DNA of 64,000 bases from Eubacteriales bacterium (lineage in GTDB: Bacteria; Bacillota; Clostridia; Oscillospirales; CAG-382), in the NCBI GenBank assembly GCA_045533895.1, contig JAZSIT010000045.1:2499-66498 (forward strand), given 5' to 3'. Positions 17,867 through 27,517 of this stretch are shown here, one piece after another. The notes beneath the pieces are model-generated. The model was given only the letters and a program-made list of their open reading frames with translations. It made no database searches and had not been told where the DNA came from. Numbering within the stretch: the stretch's first letter is position 1; the number at the start of each line of letters is the position of its first letter. Both the position numbers and the translations under genes were made by a program.

Positions 17867-20800
17867 ATGCCATTTACCACAGCGCAGACAAAGGCAATTG
17901 AAACACGGGGCGTAAGTCTGGTGGTTTCCGCAGGTGCGGGAAGCGGCAAGACAACGGTAATGACCGAGCGTATCCTCCGTTCTGTTCTGGACGGAAGGGA
18001 TATTAACCGATACTTAATAGTAACCTTTACAAAAGCGGCGGCGGCTGACGTAAGAGAAAAGCTGTACCGCGGGCTGATGAAGGCGCAGGCGGAGGACCCT
18101 AAAAACCGTCACATTGCAAGACAGCTTATGTCACTTCCGTCGGCGGATATATCTACTGTTCACGCCTTTTGCTATTCAAGGATAAAAGCATCCTTCTCTC
18201 TGCTTGGAATTACTCCCGACGTGCGCGCCGCAGACGACACGGAAGCAAACCTTTTGCTTGAAGAAGCAATGGAAAAGGCTGTAAATGAGGGGTACGAAAA
18301 GGAAAAAGAACACTTTTTATTGCTTGCAGACGCATTTTCGGGTAGAAGAAATGATAAAAGACTTGGTGAATCCATGCTGGCGATGTATAAAAGCCTGCGT
18401 GTATACCCCCACCCCTTTGATTTTTTGCAAAAGCTTATAAACGACCTTGAAGCCGACTGCAAAAACAACAGATACGAGGACACGGCGGTATGCAAAATAA
18501 TAATGACCGAGGCAAAGGAATGTCTGCTTACCGTGCGCGAACAGGTTTCCGCCTTGTGCAGATTTACCGAGGACGCGGGCGAAGAGGTTATTATACCCGC
18601 GCTGTACGGACTTTTGGAGGAAACCGATAATCTTATTGCCTTGTTCCCTGCAGGTTATTCCGCTGTAAAAGAAAGCCTAAATTTAATAAAAAATCCCCGT
18701 ATGCCTGCAAAAGGCTTTGCGGACGAGGGGGCAAAGGAATACATTTCTCAAACAAAAAACGAGATCTTTGAAGAAATAAAGAAAATAAAAACAAGGTTTT
18801 TCCTGTTTTCCGCAGAAACAAACCTTGCAGATATGAGATATTCCCTTAAAATAATAAAAGCGGCAAAGGAATTTTTGACCGAGTTTGATTCTTTATACAC
18901 CCGATCAAAGGAAAAAACAGGGGTAATTGATTTTCCCGATCAGGAGCACTTAATGCTTTCTCTGCTGGAAAAAGACGGTATGCCTACTCCCCTTTGCGAG
19001 GAATTAAAGCAAAGCTTTGACCAGATCTACGTTGACGAATATCAGGACACAAACCCCTTGCAGGACAGAATATTCTCACTCCTTTCGGGGGATAACCGCT
19101 TTATGGTTGGCGACGTGAAGCAGAGCATATACCGGTTCCGTTCCGCTCACCCCGATATTTTTATGTCCTACTGCCGTGTTTTCGGCACGGAAAAATATCC
19201 CAAGACCGAAAAGGTGGTATTGCGGGAAAATTTCAGATGCGATAAAAACATTATTGATTTTTGCAACAAGGTGTTTACGGGTATTCCCGAGCTTTGCAGA
19301 CAAATGAACTACACAGACGAAGCACTTGTGTTTTCAAAGGACAAGGACACAGGTAATACCCCCGTCCGTTTTACAGTAATAACCGGCGGATATGAAATGG
19401 ATGCAGAGGAAAAGCAGATTGCCGAAGCTACATATATTGCAAACGAAATAAATTCTCTGGTGGGAAAGGAAACAAAAAACGACGGAACACCTATAAGATA
19501 CGGCGATATTGCGTTACTGTTTACCGCGCTGAAAAGCAACGTAAGCGTTTACACCAAGGTATTTGAGGAGTGTAACATCCCCTGCCGTGCCGAAAAAAGC
19601 GAAAGCTTTACAGACAGGCAGGAAATACTGCTGGCAGTAGCTGCGTTAAAGACTATCGACAACCCCACATCGGATATTCCTCTGGCGGCTACCATGCGCT
19701 CCCCCTTATTTGGCTTTACCGCAGACGAGATGTTAAAGGTGCGCCGCTCGGTTAAGACCGATTGCCTATACGATTGCGTGCAAGCGGCGGCAAAGGCGTG
19801 GAGAAATGACAGGGAAAAGGGAAAACACTACTTTTCCTTCCCGCCCGTGCTTAAAGCAACTCCCATTCCCAGAAGGTTTCTTAAAGCAGAGGGCGGATAT
19901 ATTTCAAAAGCCTTATCCGATAAATGCAAAAAGCTTCTTTCCCGAATACACACGTGGCGTATCGGTGCGGAGGGAACGCCCGCACACCGTTTTATATGGC
20001 AGTTTTATAACGAAAGCGGAATTGTTTCCGCCGTGCTTTCCGAAGAAAACGGCGAAAAACGTTACCGCAACCTTATGCTTTTATACGAATACGCCCGTTC
20101 TTACGAAAGTGTTTCCTTTAAGGGATTAAGCGCTTTTTTGAAATATCTTGACAGTGTGGACGGGCTGGAGGAAGCAAAATCACCCGATGACGGCGGCAAC
20201 ACCGTTAAGCTGATGACTATACACCGCTCCAAAGGACTGGAATTTCCCGTGGTGTTCCTTGCAGATACTGACAGAGCCTTCCGTCTGCGTGATGGCGGCA
20301 ACGTATTGATACGCAAGGACGGTATTGGAATAAAGTTTTCCCAATACGACGGTATGGTTGTGAAAAACAACTGTATTACCGACAGTTTGCTTATTAAAGA
20401 AACTACCGACCAGATATCGGAAGAAGCGCGCAAGCTTTACGTTGCCCTTACCCGTGCAAGAGAAAGACTGTACGTTACCGCAAAAAGCGAGGAGATTTCC
20501 GACCTTGGCGGTGATATGCGTACCGCACGTTGCCACGGGGACTGGATTGGGGAAAGCGTTGGTACCGAGCCTTGTGAAGGTTACGTGTTTGAGCAGATAA
20601 ACGCAGAGGATATACGTCCCATTGCGGCAGACGAAGGCGAAAAAGTGTTTTTGCCCCCCGAAAAGGATATACGCACTCCCCTTGAGTTTGTGTATACCCA
20701 CCCCGGCGCGGATATTCCCGCAAAAATATCTGTTTCCGAAATACGCCCCGGTCTTTTGGAGGAAGAAGAATACACCCGCACCGTAAAGAGAAGCTCTGTG

Positions 20801-21349
20801 CTGCGCAAGCCCGCATTTTTGGGAAGTCACGCATTTACTGCGGCGGACAAAGGAACTGCAAGCCATTTGTTTATGCAGTTTGCGTCCTTTGAAAACGCGG
20901 TGGCGCAGGGCGCGGAGGCGGAGGCAAACCGTCTTGCGGAGCGCGGATATATTACTCCCGAGCAATTATCCCTTATGGATTTTGATGCTATTAATAAGTT
21001 CTTTGCTTCCGACCTTTACCGCAGAATGTGCGAAAGCAGTGATATCCACCGCGAAAAACGCTTTTCCGTTGAGGAGAGTGACAGAGTCGTCGGCGGCACG
21101 GGAAAGGAAAAGATACTTGTGCAGGGCGTTATCGACTGCTTCTTCCGTAATCCCGACGGCACCTACACCGTAGTGGACTACAAAACAGACCGCGTTAAGG
21201 AAAAGGACACCCTTATCGCCCGCCACAAGCCACAGCTTTCCTTTTACGTATCTGCAGTGGAAAGAATGACAGGCGCAAAAGTATCCAAAGCAGTGCTTTA
21301 TTCCTTCGCTCTCGGCGAGGAAATTGAAGTAAAAGTGACAAGCATATAA
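17867..21349 (+). CDS. addA: Helicase-exonuclease AddAB, subunit A
   Basis: 1160 aa. UvrD-type motifs SAGAGSGKTT, VDEYQDTN, TIHRSKGLEFPVV, LYVALTRARE. C-terminal RecB-type nuclease (GVIDCF...VVDYKTD). Confidence 0.95.
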   Translation: MPFTTAQTKAIETRGVSLVVSAGAGSGKTTVMTERILRSVLDGRDINRYLIVTFTKAAAADVREKLYRGLMKAQAEDPKNRHIARQLMSLPSADISTVHAFCYSRIKASFSLLGITPDVRAADDTEANLLLEEAMEKAVNEGYEKEKEHFLLLADAFSGRRNDKRLGESMLAMYKSLRVYPHPFDFLQKLINDLEADCKNNRYEDTAVCKIIMTEAKECLLTVREQVSALCRFTEDAGEEVIIPALYGLLEETDNLIALFPAGYSAVKESLNLIKNPRMPAKGFADEGAKEYISQTKNEIFEEIKKIKTRFFLFSAETNLADMRYSLKIIKAAKEFLTEFDSLYTRSKEKTGVIDFPDQEHLMLSLLEKDGMPTPLCEELKQSFDQIYVDEYQDTNPLQDRIFSLLSGDNRFMVGDVKQSIYRFRSAHPDIFMSYCRVFGTEKYPKTEKVVLRENFRCDKNIIDFCNKVFTGIPELCRQMNYTDEALVFSKDKDTGNTPVRFTVITGGYEMDAEEKQIAEATYIANEINSLVGKETKNDGTPIRYGDIALLFTALKSNVSVYTKVFEECNIPCRAEKSESFTDRQEILLAVAALKTIDNPTSDIPLAATMRSPLFGFTADEMLKVRRSVKTDCLYDCVQAAAKAWRNDREKGKHYFSFPPVLKATPIPRRFLKAEGGYISKALSDKCKKLLSRIHTWRIGAEGTPAHRFIWQFYNESGIVSAVLSEENGEKRYRNLMLLYEYARSYESVSFKGLSAFLKYLDSVDGLEEAKSPDDGGNTVKLMTIHRSKGLEFPVVFLADTDRAFRLRDGGNVLIRKDGIGIKFSQYDGMVVKNNCITDSLLIKETTDQISEEARKLYVALTRARERLYVTAKSEEISDLGGDMRTARCHGDWIGESVGTEPCEGYVFEQINAEDIRPIAADEGEKVFLPPEKDIRTPLEFVYTHPGADIPAKISVSEIRPGLLEEEEYTRTVKRSSVLRKPAFLGSHAFTAADKGTASHLFMQFASFENAVAQGAEAEANRLAERGYITPEQLSLMDFDAINKFFASDLYRRMCESSDIHREKRFSVEESDRVVGGTGKEKILVQGVIDCFFRNPDGTYTVVDYKTDRVKEKDTLIARHKPQLSFYVSAVERMTGAKVSKAVLYSFALGEEIEVKVTSI

Positions 21350-21364
21350 GTTACCATAGTGTAA

Positions 21365-21400
21365 AAATTCTCCCCGAGAGAAGCCTCTCGGGGAGAATTT
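21365..21400. terminator. Bidirectional hairpin between addA and the M23 peptidase gene
   Basis: AAATTCTCCCCGAGAG-aagc-CTCTCGGGGAGAATTT, a perfect 16-bp stem. Confidence 0.65.
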
Positions 21401-21401
21401 A

Positions 21402-22073
21402 CTATTCTGCTTTGTCAAGATACAGAACGGGGTCAACGGCAGTGGTACCCACCTTTACCTCAAAGTGTAGATGGGGCACGGAGGCGGATTCGATAATGGC
21501 GGTGGAGCCAACGTTACCGATAGTCTGACCTGCCTTGACGGTTGCACCTACGGAGATGCCCTCGGGCAGGGTTTCCTCAAGATTGGCGTATACGGTTACA
21601 AGGTTGCCGGAATGGGTTACCTCCACCACGGTGCCGTAAAATGCATCGTTATACACTGCAGAAACGGTGCCGTCGGTATAGCTTACAACCGCGCTTCCTT
21701 CATCTGCCGCGATATCAACGCCGCAATGGGTGCGGTAATCCTGCATAGTGGGCGAAAAGACAAGCGCGGTGAGCGAATGTGAGGTAATGATACTGCCCGA
21801 GACGGGAACCTTGTAGACGGGAACGGTAATTACGTCTGCGGGAACGTCGTTGGGAATATCCGCAACAGGTGTATCGGATATTTCGGGAAGCTGGATAGAC
21901 GGTACGGAAATTTCGGGTATGGAAATTTCGTCACCGCGGTTGATGGAATAAATACTTACTGCCATAACAGCCACAGTTACCACCGCCGCGCCCAGATAAA
22001 CGTATGCCGAATACCGCTTGAAAATTTTGTTAAACGGTATCTTCTTAAAATTAAAGCCCTTTTTTTCCTTCAT
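21402..22073 (-). CDS. Membrane-anchored M23/LytM peptidase, SpoIIQ-like
   Basis: N-terminal TM (AYVYLGAAVVTVAVMAVSIY). HCGVD (HxxxD) and PHLHFEV (HxH) are intact. Sits next to SpoIID-like genes, as in Clostridia. Confidence 0.8.
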   Translation of the reverse strand: MKEKKGFNFKKIPFNKIFKRYSAYVYLGAAVVTVAVMAVSIYSINRGDEISIPEISVPSIQLPEISDTPVADIPNDVPADVITVPVYKVPVSGSIITSHSLTALVFSPTMQDYRTHCGVDIAADEGSAVVSYTDGTVSAVYNDAFYGTVVEVTHSGNLVTVYANLEETLPEGISVGATVKAGQTIGNVGSTAIIESASVPHLHFEVKVGTTAVDPVLYLDKAE

Positions 22074-22139
22074 AAAAAGAAATCCCCCTTTTATATTTCA
22101 GAGTTATTTTACCCATATAAAGGAGGATATATTCAGTAT

Positions 22140-22916
22140 TTATATTTTCATTGTGACGCACGTGCCCGAAAAATAGTGGGATATTATTTGACGATAATTT
22201 TTCCCCTCCTCCGCAAGCAAGCACGCGCCGTAAAGAGAAAGTCCGCATCCGTTGCCCACGCCGCGGCAAAAGGCAGTATACCCGCCGTCCGGCAATGAAT
22301 TCAATGTGAAATCGTTGGAGGCAAGAGAAAAATACTCTGTAAATTCGGAGACAGAGGCATAACCTTTTTCAAATTCAACACTTTTTACTCTGCCATCGCT
22401 TCCGTAGGAAACACTTATTATTTCGCCTTTACCGAAAGCGGAAATTTCCAAAGCGGAAATGTTTTTTTCGCTGTAAAAGCCGGGATAAGCGCTTTCATCG
22501 GGAGTAGGTACAGACAAAAGATAAGGCGCATCGCCATCGGCAGTATTTTTATTTGAACAAAGATGAAAGCATGCGTTTATTATCCGACCGGAATAGGTTA
22601 TATATTCGCCTTCTGTGGAAAATACTGCCCTTTTAACGGCGTTGTACAGATTTTCCCCCTGCTCTGCGGAAACAACAGCCGTTGCAAGCTCTCCTTCGGG
22701 CAGAATTTTACCGTTATAATAAATATATGTACGCAATGTAACCGCAATAGCTTTAAGCGCTTCATCGGGAAGAACATCCTCGCACATACCAAGCATTACC
22801 GACAGCACGTATTCCTCCTCCGGCGGTTGTTTTTCCTCCATGCCCACCGATGGATACAGCGGTAAAAGAAGCACCCATAAAAAACAAAACAAAAAAAGAA
22901 GCAGAAGGTTTTTCAA
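22140..22916 (-). CDS. Divergent SpoIID/LytB-domain protein (short)
   Basis: 258 aa, TTG start. EEYVLSVMLG...EALKAIAVTLRTY and a C-terminal GVGNGCGLSLYGA...YRQIISHYFSGT resemble SpoIID blocks with substitutions. Confidence 0.65.
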   Translation of the reverse strand: MKNLLLLFLFCFLWVLLLPLYPSVGMEEKQPPEEEYVLSVMLGMCEDVLPDEALKAIAVTLRTYIYYNGKILPEGELATAVVSAEQGENLYNAVKRAVFSTEGEYITYSGRIINACFHLCSNKNTADGDAPYLLSVPTPDESAYPGFYSEKNISALEISAFGKGEIISVSYGSDGRVKSVEFEKGYASVSEFTEYFSLASNDFTLNSLPDGGYTAFCRGVGNGCGLSLYGACLLAEEGKNYRQIISHYFSGTCVTMKI

Positions 22917-22966
22917 AATGGCTTTACGCCCCTTTCTGCTTCAATTATATTCCTTTTTTTGTTTTT

Positions 22967-23803
22967 CTATTCCGCCAAGGCAGGTACTTCCTCAATCTTT
23001 TCCACAGAGAACATACGGCAATAGATATATATGGTAAGTACCAAGTCTGCCATGCAATAAACAGTTATATCCGTAAAATGGAGGGGCCAGAAAAGCGCCA
23101 AAAACAGAGCAGGCACGCAATACACCAGCATTAGCATATTGGTTATAAATCCCAGCGCAACGTATATACGCTTGCGGCGGTAGCCTACTGTGTATCTTCC
23201 CTCACAGCAGAGGAACAGCATGAGAGAAGCCAGTCCCAAAAGATGATAGCTGTATGAGGAAGCGGTTACCGTAAGACTGCGGACTACAAAATCATAAAGA
23301 AGTCTCACCGCAGTGAGTAAAACGGGAACCATTGAGAACACCGGCAAAAGCTTTGCGTACCTTTCGCGGGTTCGTCTGGACGAAATCATCATAAAATACA
23401 CACCGGATAAAACGGTAAGTAATATTATAATAATGAATCCGTAATCGTAATTCTGCTTTTCAAAAATAATGCGGTAAAGATAATATATAACCAGCGTAAA
23501 AAGCATCATTCCCGTTAAAGCGGAGGAAAACACCACAAAGGGACGGTCAGACTTAAAGACGCCGTTTATCTTTCCTGCAAATAAGACAGAGCCTGCAAAA
23601 AACAGCACAGCCAAAACAACGCAAGTGATTGCAAACGCCAAAGGAGCGCTTGTGCCCTCAAGGTAATACAGTCCGTCTGAATTTTCAAGCGAATCCATCT
23701 CTATGTGGTTTCTTATTAACACGACGCGGGCAACTGCCAACGCCAGGGATACCAACAGCGATATTGATATAAATATTTTATACTTCTTTTCGTTGCTTAA
23801 CAT
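22967..23803 (-). CDS. Polytopic membrane protein, unknown function
   Basis: 278 aa with about 7 hydrophobic segments. No recognised motif. Confidence 0.65.
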   Translation of the reverse strand: MLSNEKKYKIFISISLLVSLALAVARVVLIRNHIEMDSLENSDGLYYLEGTSAPLAFAITCVVLAVLFFAGSVLFAGKINGVFKSDRPFVVFSSALTGMMLFTLVIYYLYRIIFEKQNYDYGFIIIILLTVLSGVYFMMISSRRTRERYAKLLPVFSMVPVLLTAVRLLYDFVVRSLTVTASSYSYHLLGLASLMLFLCCEGRYTVGYRRKRIYVALGFITNMLMLVYCVPALFLALFWPLHFTDITVYCMADLVLTIYIYCRMFSVEKIEEVPALAE

Positions 23804-23907
23804 ACGTTAGTTCCCTTTCCCCAAATATCTACGTAATTATACAACAGATTTTTCGAGTTGTAAAGGATAATAGGGATTTGTTTGCAGTTTGTTAAAAATT
23901 AAAGGAC

Positions 23908-25200
23908 TTATTTGCTGAAATTACTGCTTAAAGCAGTCTTTGTGCCGGGGAAATAGAAATTGAGAATATAATCCCACTTGTAGCCCTCAACACCCATCTG
24001 ATGTCCGCCGCGCTGGCTGTAGCCTACGCCGTGGCCATTTCCGATACCGTGAAGTATAACTCCGTCTGCGGTATATTCAATGGTGAAGTTTGCACAGCGT
24101 ATATCAAGGGCTGCCATAATATCACCGCCGTACTTTATCTCGGACACGTTACCGGCAGTATCGGTTATCTTAAGTCTGTATACGTAAGGTCCGCCGTAGG
24201 GGTCGGTCTCCGCAATAGCGATAGACTTTACTGCGCCGGTGGTGGTATGCCTTTTAAGCTTTTTGCTCAACTGCTCGTAGGTATAAGTAACAGTCCATTC
24301 TCCGCCATAATCCAGAGGCTCGTTTTCATATCTTACCACGCGGAGATAAGGAATATCCGCACCTATCCACGCGGCAAAGCTGGAGCAGGAAGAATATCCG
24401 TGGCTGGAGCTGTATGCTACCAGACAAGGCTCGCCCTTGTAGGTGAGAACGATACCCTTGGTCTCGTCCACCGCTTTATCGTTAAGCTCGTCTCTGTGGT
24501 GAGTGCCGCGATAGGACTGACAGCAGTTGCGGTTGCAAAGGTCAAAATCCTCGCCGTGGTCTTTTGCCACATAAACAAGAGTACGGCAGATTACGGAAAA
24601 GGCTTTGCGGCTTTCAAAAGAGCCGTCTGCGCCTATTTCGGCAGACATAACACCTTTAACATAGGTTTCGATATCAACACGGTTGACAACGGTTATACCC
24701 TTTTCGCCGGAGGTGAGAATTATCATTCCCTCGTATCCCCAGCCGGTGGTGGAAAGAATGATAGGAGAAGCGGAACGGATATAAGCCTTTTGGCAGGGAA
24801 CGCCGTCAAAATACATAACGCCGTCTTCCCAAGTAAACAGCATTTCCTTGTGTACATCGCCGCCGTAAGTAAGCATACCGTTTTCGGAAGCGGTGAGAGT
24901 TATCTTCTTGAGCGCTTTGCTTCCGTAGCTGAGACCGACATCAACAAGATTCTCAGTGTTGTCCTTCACGGGACGGGAGGGTGCGGGCATAGGAATGACA
25001 AGCTCGTCCTCAGCCGTTTCCTCTTTAGCGGGAAGGCTGACTTCGGGAGCAGGCACACTTTCGGGAAGCTCCTCTTCCGTAACCAGCGAGGTGTTCTCGC
25101 CGCTTGCGGAGGAAACTACGGGGAGAATAATAAGCGCTGTCAGAAGGACAGTCAGAATTATCAGACCCGCCTGCTTTCCCTTGGTTTTCTTAAAATTCAT
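23908..25200 (-). CDS. SpoIID/LytB-domain protein (canonical C-terminal block)
   Basis: 430 aa with an N-terminal TM. CNRNCCQSYRG, LTYKGEPCLVAYSSSHG and GIGNGHGVGYSQRGG...ILNFYFPGT. AAGGAG RBS. Confidence 0.85.
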   Translation of the reverse strand: MNFKKTKGKQAGLIILTVLLTALIILPVVSSASGENTSLVTEEELPESVPAPEVSLPAKEETAEDELVIPMPAPSRPVKDNTENLVDVGLSYGSKALKKITLTASENGMLTYGGDVHKEMLFTWEDGVMYFDGVPCQKAYIRSASPIILSTTGWGYEGMIILTSGEKGITVVNRVDIETYVKGVMSAEIGADGSFESRKAFSVICRTLVYVAKDHGEDFDLCNRNCCQSYRGTHHRDELNDKAVDETKGIVLTYKGEPCLVAYSSSHGYSSCSSFAAWIGADIPYLRVVRYENEPLDYGGEWTVTYTYEQLSKKLKRHTTTGAVKSIAIAETDPYGGPYVYRLKITDTAGNVSEIKYGGDIMAALDIRCANFTIEYTADGVILHGIGNGHGVGYSQRGGHQMGVEGYKWDYILNFYFPGTKTALSSNFSK

Positions 25201-25602
25201 ATTTAACTCCTTGATTAACGGAATGTATGATTATCGGCTAAAGCGCGCAGTTTTATACGCAACATATATAATAAGGTATCCGAAAAAAGAGCCGACAAGG
25301 TTAATATTATAATCAAAATCGCGGTATTGTCAATGTTTTTTCGCTTTTTTGCTGTGAAAACGGCAATTTATACTTGTATCCCGACTGTTTTTCAGTTGAA
25401 ATTATGAAATTTTGACGAAAAAACGCAAGAAAAACCGCAAAAATCCGCACCGCAAGATAATTAAAATTTCCTTGCAACGCAGACGGAGTGGGGATTTTTG
25501 TCGTTTTTCCGCCTGCTAAACGGGTGTATATATTTAGTTATGCACAGCAAGGAAAGAATATGCAAGGAGAATTATATGTTGAAAAAAGTATTGTAAAACC
25601 TC

Positions 25603-25631
25603 TTGAAAAACTGCTTAAAGTGTGCTATACT
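25603..25631 (+). promoter_or_regulatory. Promoter of tRNA-Leu
   Basis: TTGAAA (25603-25608), 17 nt, TATACT (25626-25631), preceded by TGc. About 15 nt upstream of the tRNA 5' end. Confidence 0.65.
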
Positions 25632-25646
25632 CTTTCCGCACACTAT

Positions 25647-25733
25647 GCCGGTGTGATGGAATTGGCAGACGTGCCAGACTCAAAATCTGGTGGTAGCGAT
25701 ACCGTGCGGGTTCGACCCCCGCCACCGGCACCA
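25647..25733 (+). tRNA. tRNA-Leu(CAA): tRNA-Leu (anticodon CAA), CCA encoded
   Basis: Acceptor GCCGGTG/CACCGGC. Anticodon arm CCAGA-CTCAAAA-TCTGG. Long variable arm. T arm GCGGG-TTCGACC-CCCGC. 3' ACCA. Confidence 0.93.
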
Positions 25734-25736
25734 AAA

Positions 25737-25765
25737 ATCGACAGGTTTAGACCTGTCGATTTTTT
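25737..25765 (+). terminator. Intrinsic terminator after tRNA-Leu
   Basis: ATCGACAGGT-ttag-ACCTGTCGAT followed by TTTTT. Confidence 0.85.
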
Positions 25766-25838
25766 ATCCGTCGCGGCAACGACGGCATGGCATCAACGCG
25801 AAGCGTGTACCCTTTGGGTTGGCTGCACTATAGGCAGT

Positions 25839-26243
25839 TTATCCCTCGTTACGGTCTGCGTTAAGGCATTTTACATAGCACGCAGTTGCGGACAAGGTAA
25901 GCGCGGCGGAAGCTACCGCCAGACCTACAAGAATTGCGCTTACGGGGCTGGTAGCCACAATACCTATTGCAAGCAGTATTACCGAAAACAGTGCTGTACC
26001 CAATATACCTGCCAAAAGGGTATTGATTAGTGACGACGGGCAGGAGGTATCTGACAGCGCGGCGGCTATAAGCACCACGGCGAGATATACTACCGAAACA
26101 CCCAGCAATACCCACAGGAACGCCACGGTAACGGTAATGACGCCGGTTATCTGCAGAAATGCCGCGATAATACCTACAACAACGCTTGCTATTATTGCCC
26201 AGAGCACGCAGTTGCGTTTGCAATCACAACCTAATATTGACAT
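25839..26243 (-). CDS. Small 4-TM membrane protein with a Cys-rich N-terminus, unknown function
   Basis: MSILGCDCKRNCVLWAIIASVVVG... Start at Met8 with GGAGGTG six nt upstream. Confidence 0.65.
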   Translation of the reverse strand: MSILGCDCKRNCVLWAIIASVVVGIIAAFLQITGVITVTVAFLWVLLGVSVVYLAVVLIAAALSDTSCPSSLINTLLAGILGTALFSVILLAIGIVATSPVSAILVGLAVASAALTLSATACYVKCLNADRNEG

Positions 26244-26375
26244 TTGTTTCACCTCCATTGTCAATATATGTGGAATTGGGTCGAAATGTTTATGTTAATA
26301 CATAAGAACACACTGTGCAGCGAATGCATAAAATACAAAAAGTTTTAATATTTTATCATTTTTCTAAAAATTTCA

Positions 26376-26404
26376 TTGACATACGGAATATAAAGTGATA
26401 TATT
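26376..26404 (+). promoter_or_regulatory. Promoter of the ABC uptake operon
   Basis: TTGACA-17-TATATT with a TGa extension. Confidence 0.6.
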
Positions 26405-26449
26405 ATAAAGGTCAATTATTTCCCGAGGCAAAAAGGAGAAAAATTAAAA

Positions 26450-27433
26450 ATGAAGAAAATATTCGCATTATTACTCACAGTACTTATGGTAGTTTCGCTT
26501 ACCGCGTGCAATACCAACCCTGCTGACAATTCCGATGACGGCAAGTTCGTTATAGGTGTTGTTCAGTTGGCTCCCCATCCCGCGCTTGACGCCGCTACAC
26601 AAGGCTTTATTGATAAAGTAAAAGCAGAACTCGGCGAAGAGAATGTTGAGGTTAAGGTTCAGATCGCAGCAGGTGATACCGCTACCTGCGCTCCCATTGT
26701 AAACGCTTTCGTTTCTGACGATGTTGACCTTATACTGGCAAACGCTACTCCCGCTCTTCAGGCAGCAGTTGCAGCTACTACCGACATTCCCATTCTCGGC
26801 ACTTCCGTTACCGAATACGGCGTCGCTCTTGACATCAAGGACTTTAACGGCACCGTTGGCGGCAACGTTTCCGGTACTTCCGACCTTGCTCCTCTTGATA
26901 AGCAGGCAGCAATGGTTAAGGAATGGTTCCCCGAAGCAAAGAACATTGGTCTTGTTTACTGCTCTGCTGAGGCTAATTCCCAGTACCAGGTAGACGAGGT
27001 TCAGAAACTGCTTGAAGGTCTCGGATTTACCTGCAAACAGTATCCCTTTGCAGACTCCAACGAAATGCAGTCTGTTGTACAGAAGGCTGCTTCCGAATCC
27101 GACGTTATCTACGTTCCTACCGATAACACCGTTGCAAATGCAACAGGTATTATTGACGGTATCTGCCGTCCCGCCAAGATTCCCGTAATCGCAGGCGAGG
27201 AGGGCATCTGCTCCGGCTGCGGCGTAGCTACCCTTTGTATCAGCTACTATGACCTTGGTGCTGCTACCGGTGAGATGGCTGTTAAGATCCTTAAGGGTGA
27301 AGAAGATATCTCCACTATGGCTATTCAGTACGTTGCGGCTGAAAAGGTTACTGCAAAGTACAACAAAGAAATCTGCGATGAATTGGGACTCACTCCTCCC
27401 GAAGGATACGTTGCTATCGAAAAAGCAGACTAA
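26450..27433 (+). CDS. ABC transporter substrate-binding lipoprotein (ABC_sub_bind/COG2984-type)
   Basis: Signal plus LTAC lipobox. FVIGVVQLAPHPALDAA...GFID pattern. Confidence 0.85.
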   Translation: MKKIFALLLTVLMVVSLTACNTNPADNSDDGKFVIGVVQLAPHPALDAATQGFIDKVKAELGEENVEVKVQIAAGDTATCAPIVNAFVSDDVDLILANATPALQAAVAATTDIPILGTSVTEYGVALDIKDFNGTVGGNVSGTSDLAPLDKQAAMVKEWFPEAKNIGLVYCSAEANSQYQVDEVQKLLEGLGFTCKQYPFADSNEMQSVVQKAASESDVIYVPTDNTVANATGIIDGICRPAKIPVIAGEEGICSGCGVATLCISYYDLGAATGEMAVKILKGEEDISTMAIQYVAAEKVTAKYNKEICDELGLTPPEGYVAIEKAD

Positions 27434-27448
27434 AGCGTAATAATTTTT

Positions 27449-27477
27449 AGGCGAGATGGTTTTTGACCACCTCGCCT
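27449..27477 (+). other. Intercistronic stem-loop after the binding-protein gene (no U-tract)
   Basis: AGGCGAGATGGT-ttttg-ACCACCTCGCCT with one mismatch. Typical of a differential-stability hairpin. Confidence 0.45.
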
Positions 27478-27517
27478 GCATTATCATAAAGACAAAAATT
27501 TTCAGAGGAATTTACTT

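Noticed and set aside
24001-25206. Long antisense ORFs: 401 aa here, plus 35879-37351 (490 aa), 26471-27487 (338 aa), 14404-15252 (282 aa) and 20180-20965 (261 aa).
   Set aside because: Each lies opposite a gene with clear family motifs (SpoIID, P-type ATPase, binding protein, AddB, AddA). Their composition is skewed and low-complexity, and no independent start signals are visible.
25647-26264. tRNA-Leu as an integration hotspot with an adjacent island.
   Set aside because: There is no integrase and no direct repeat of the tRNA 3' end downstream. The neighbouring genes look chromosomal.
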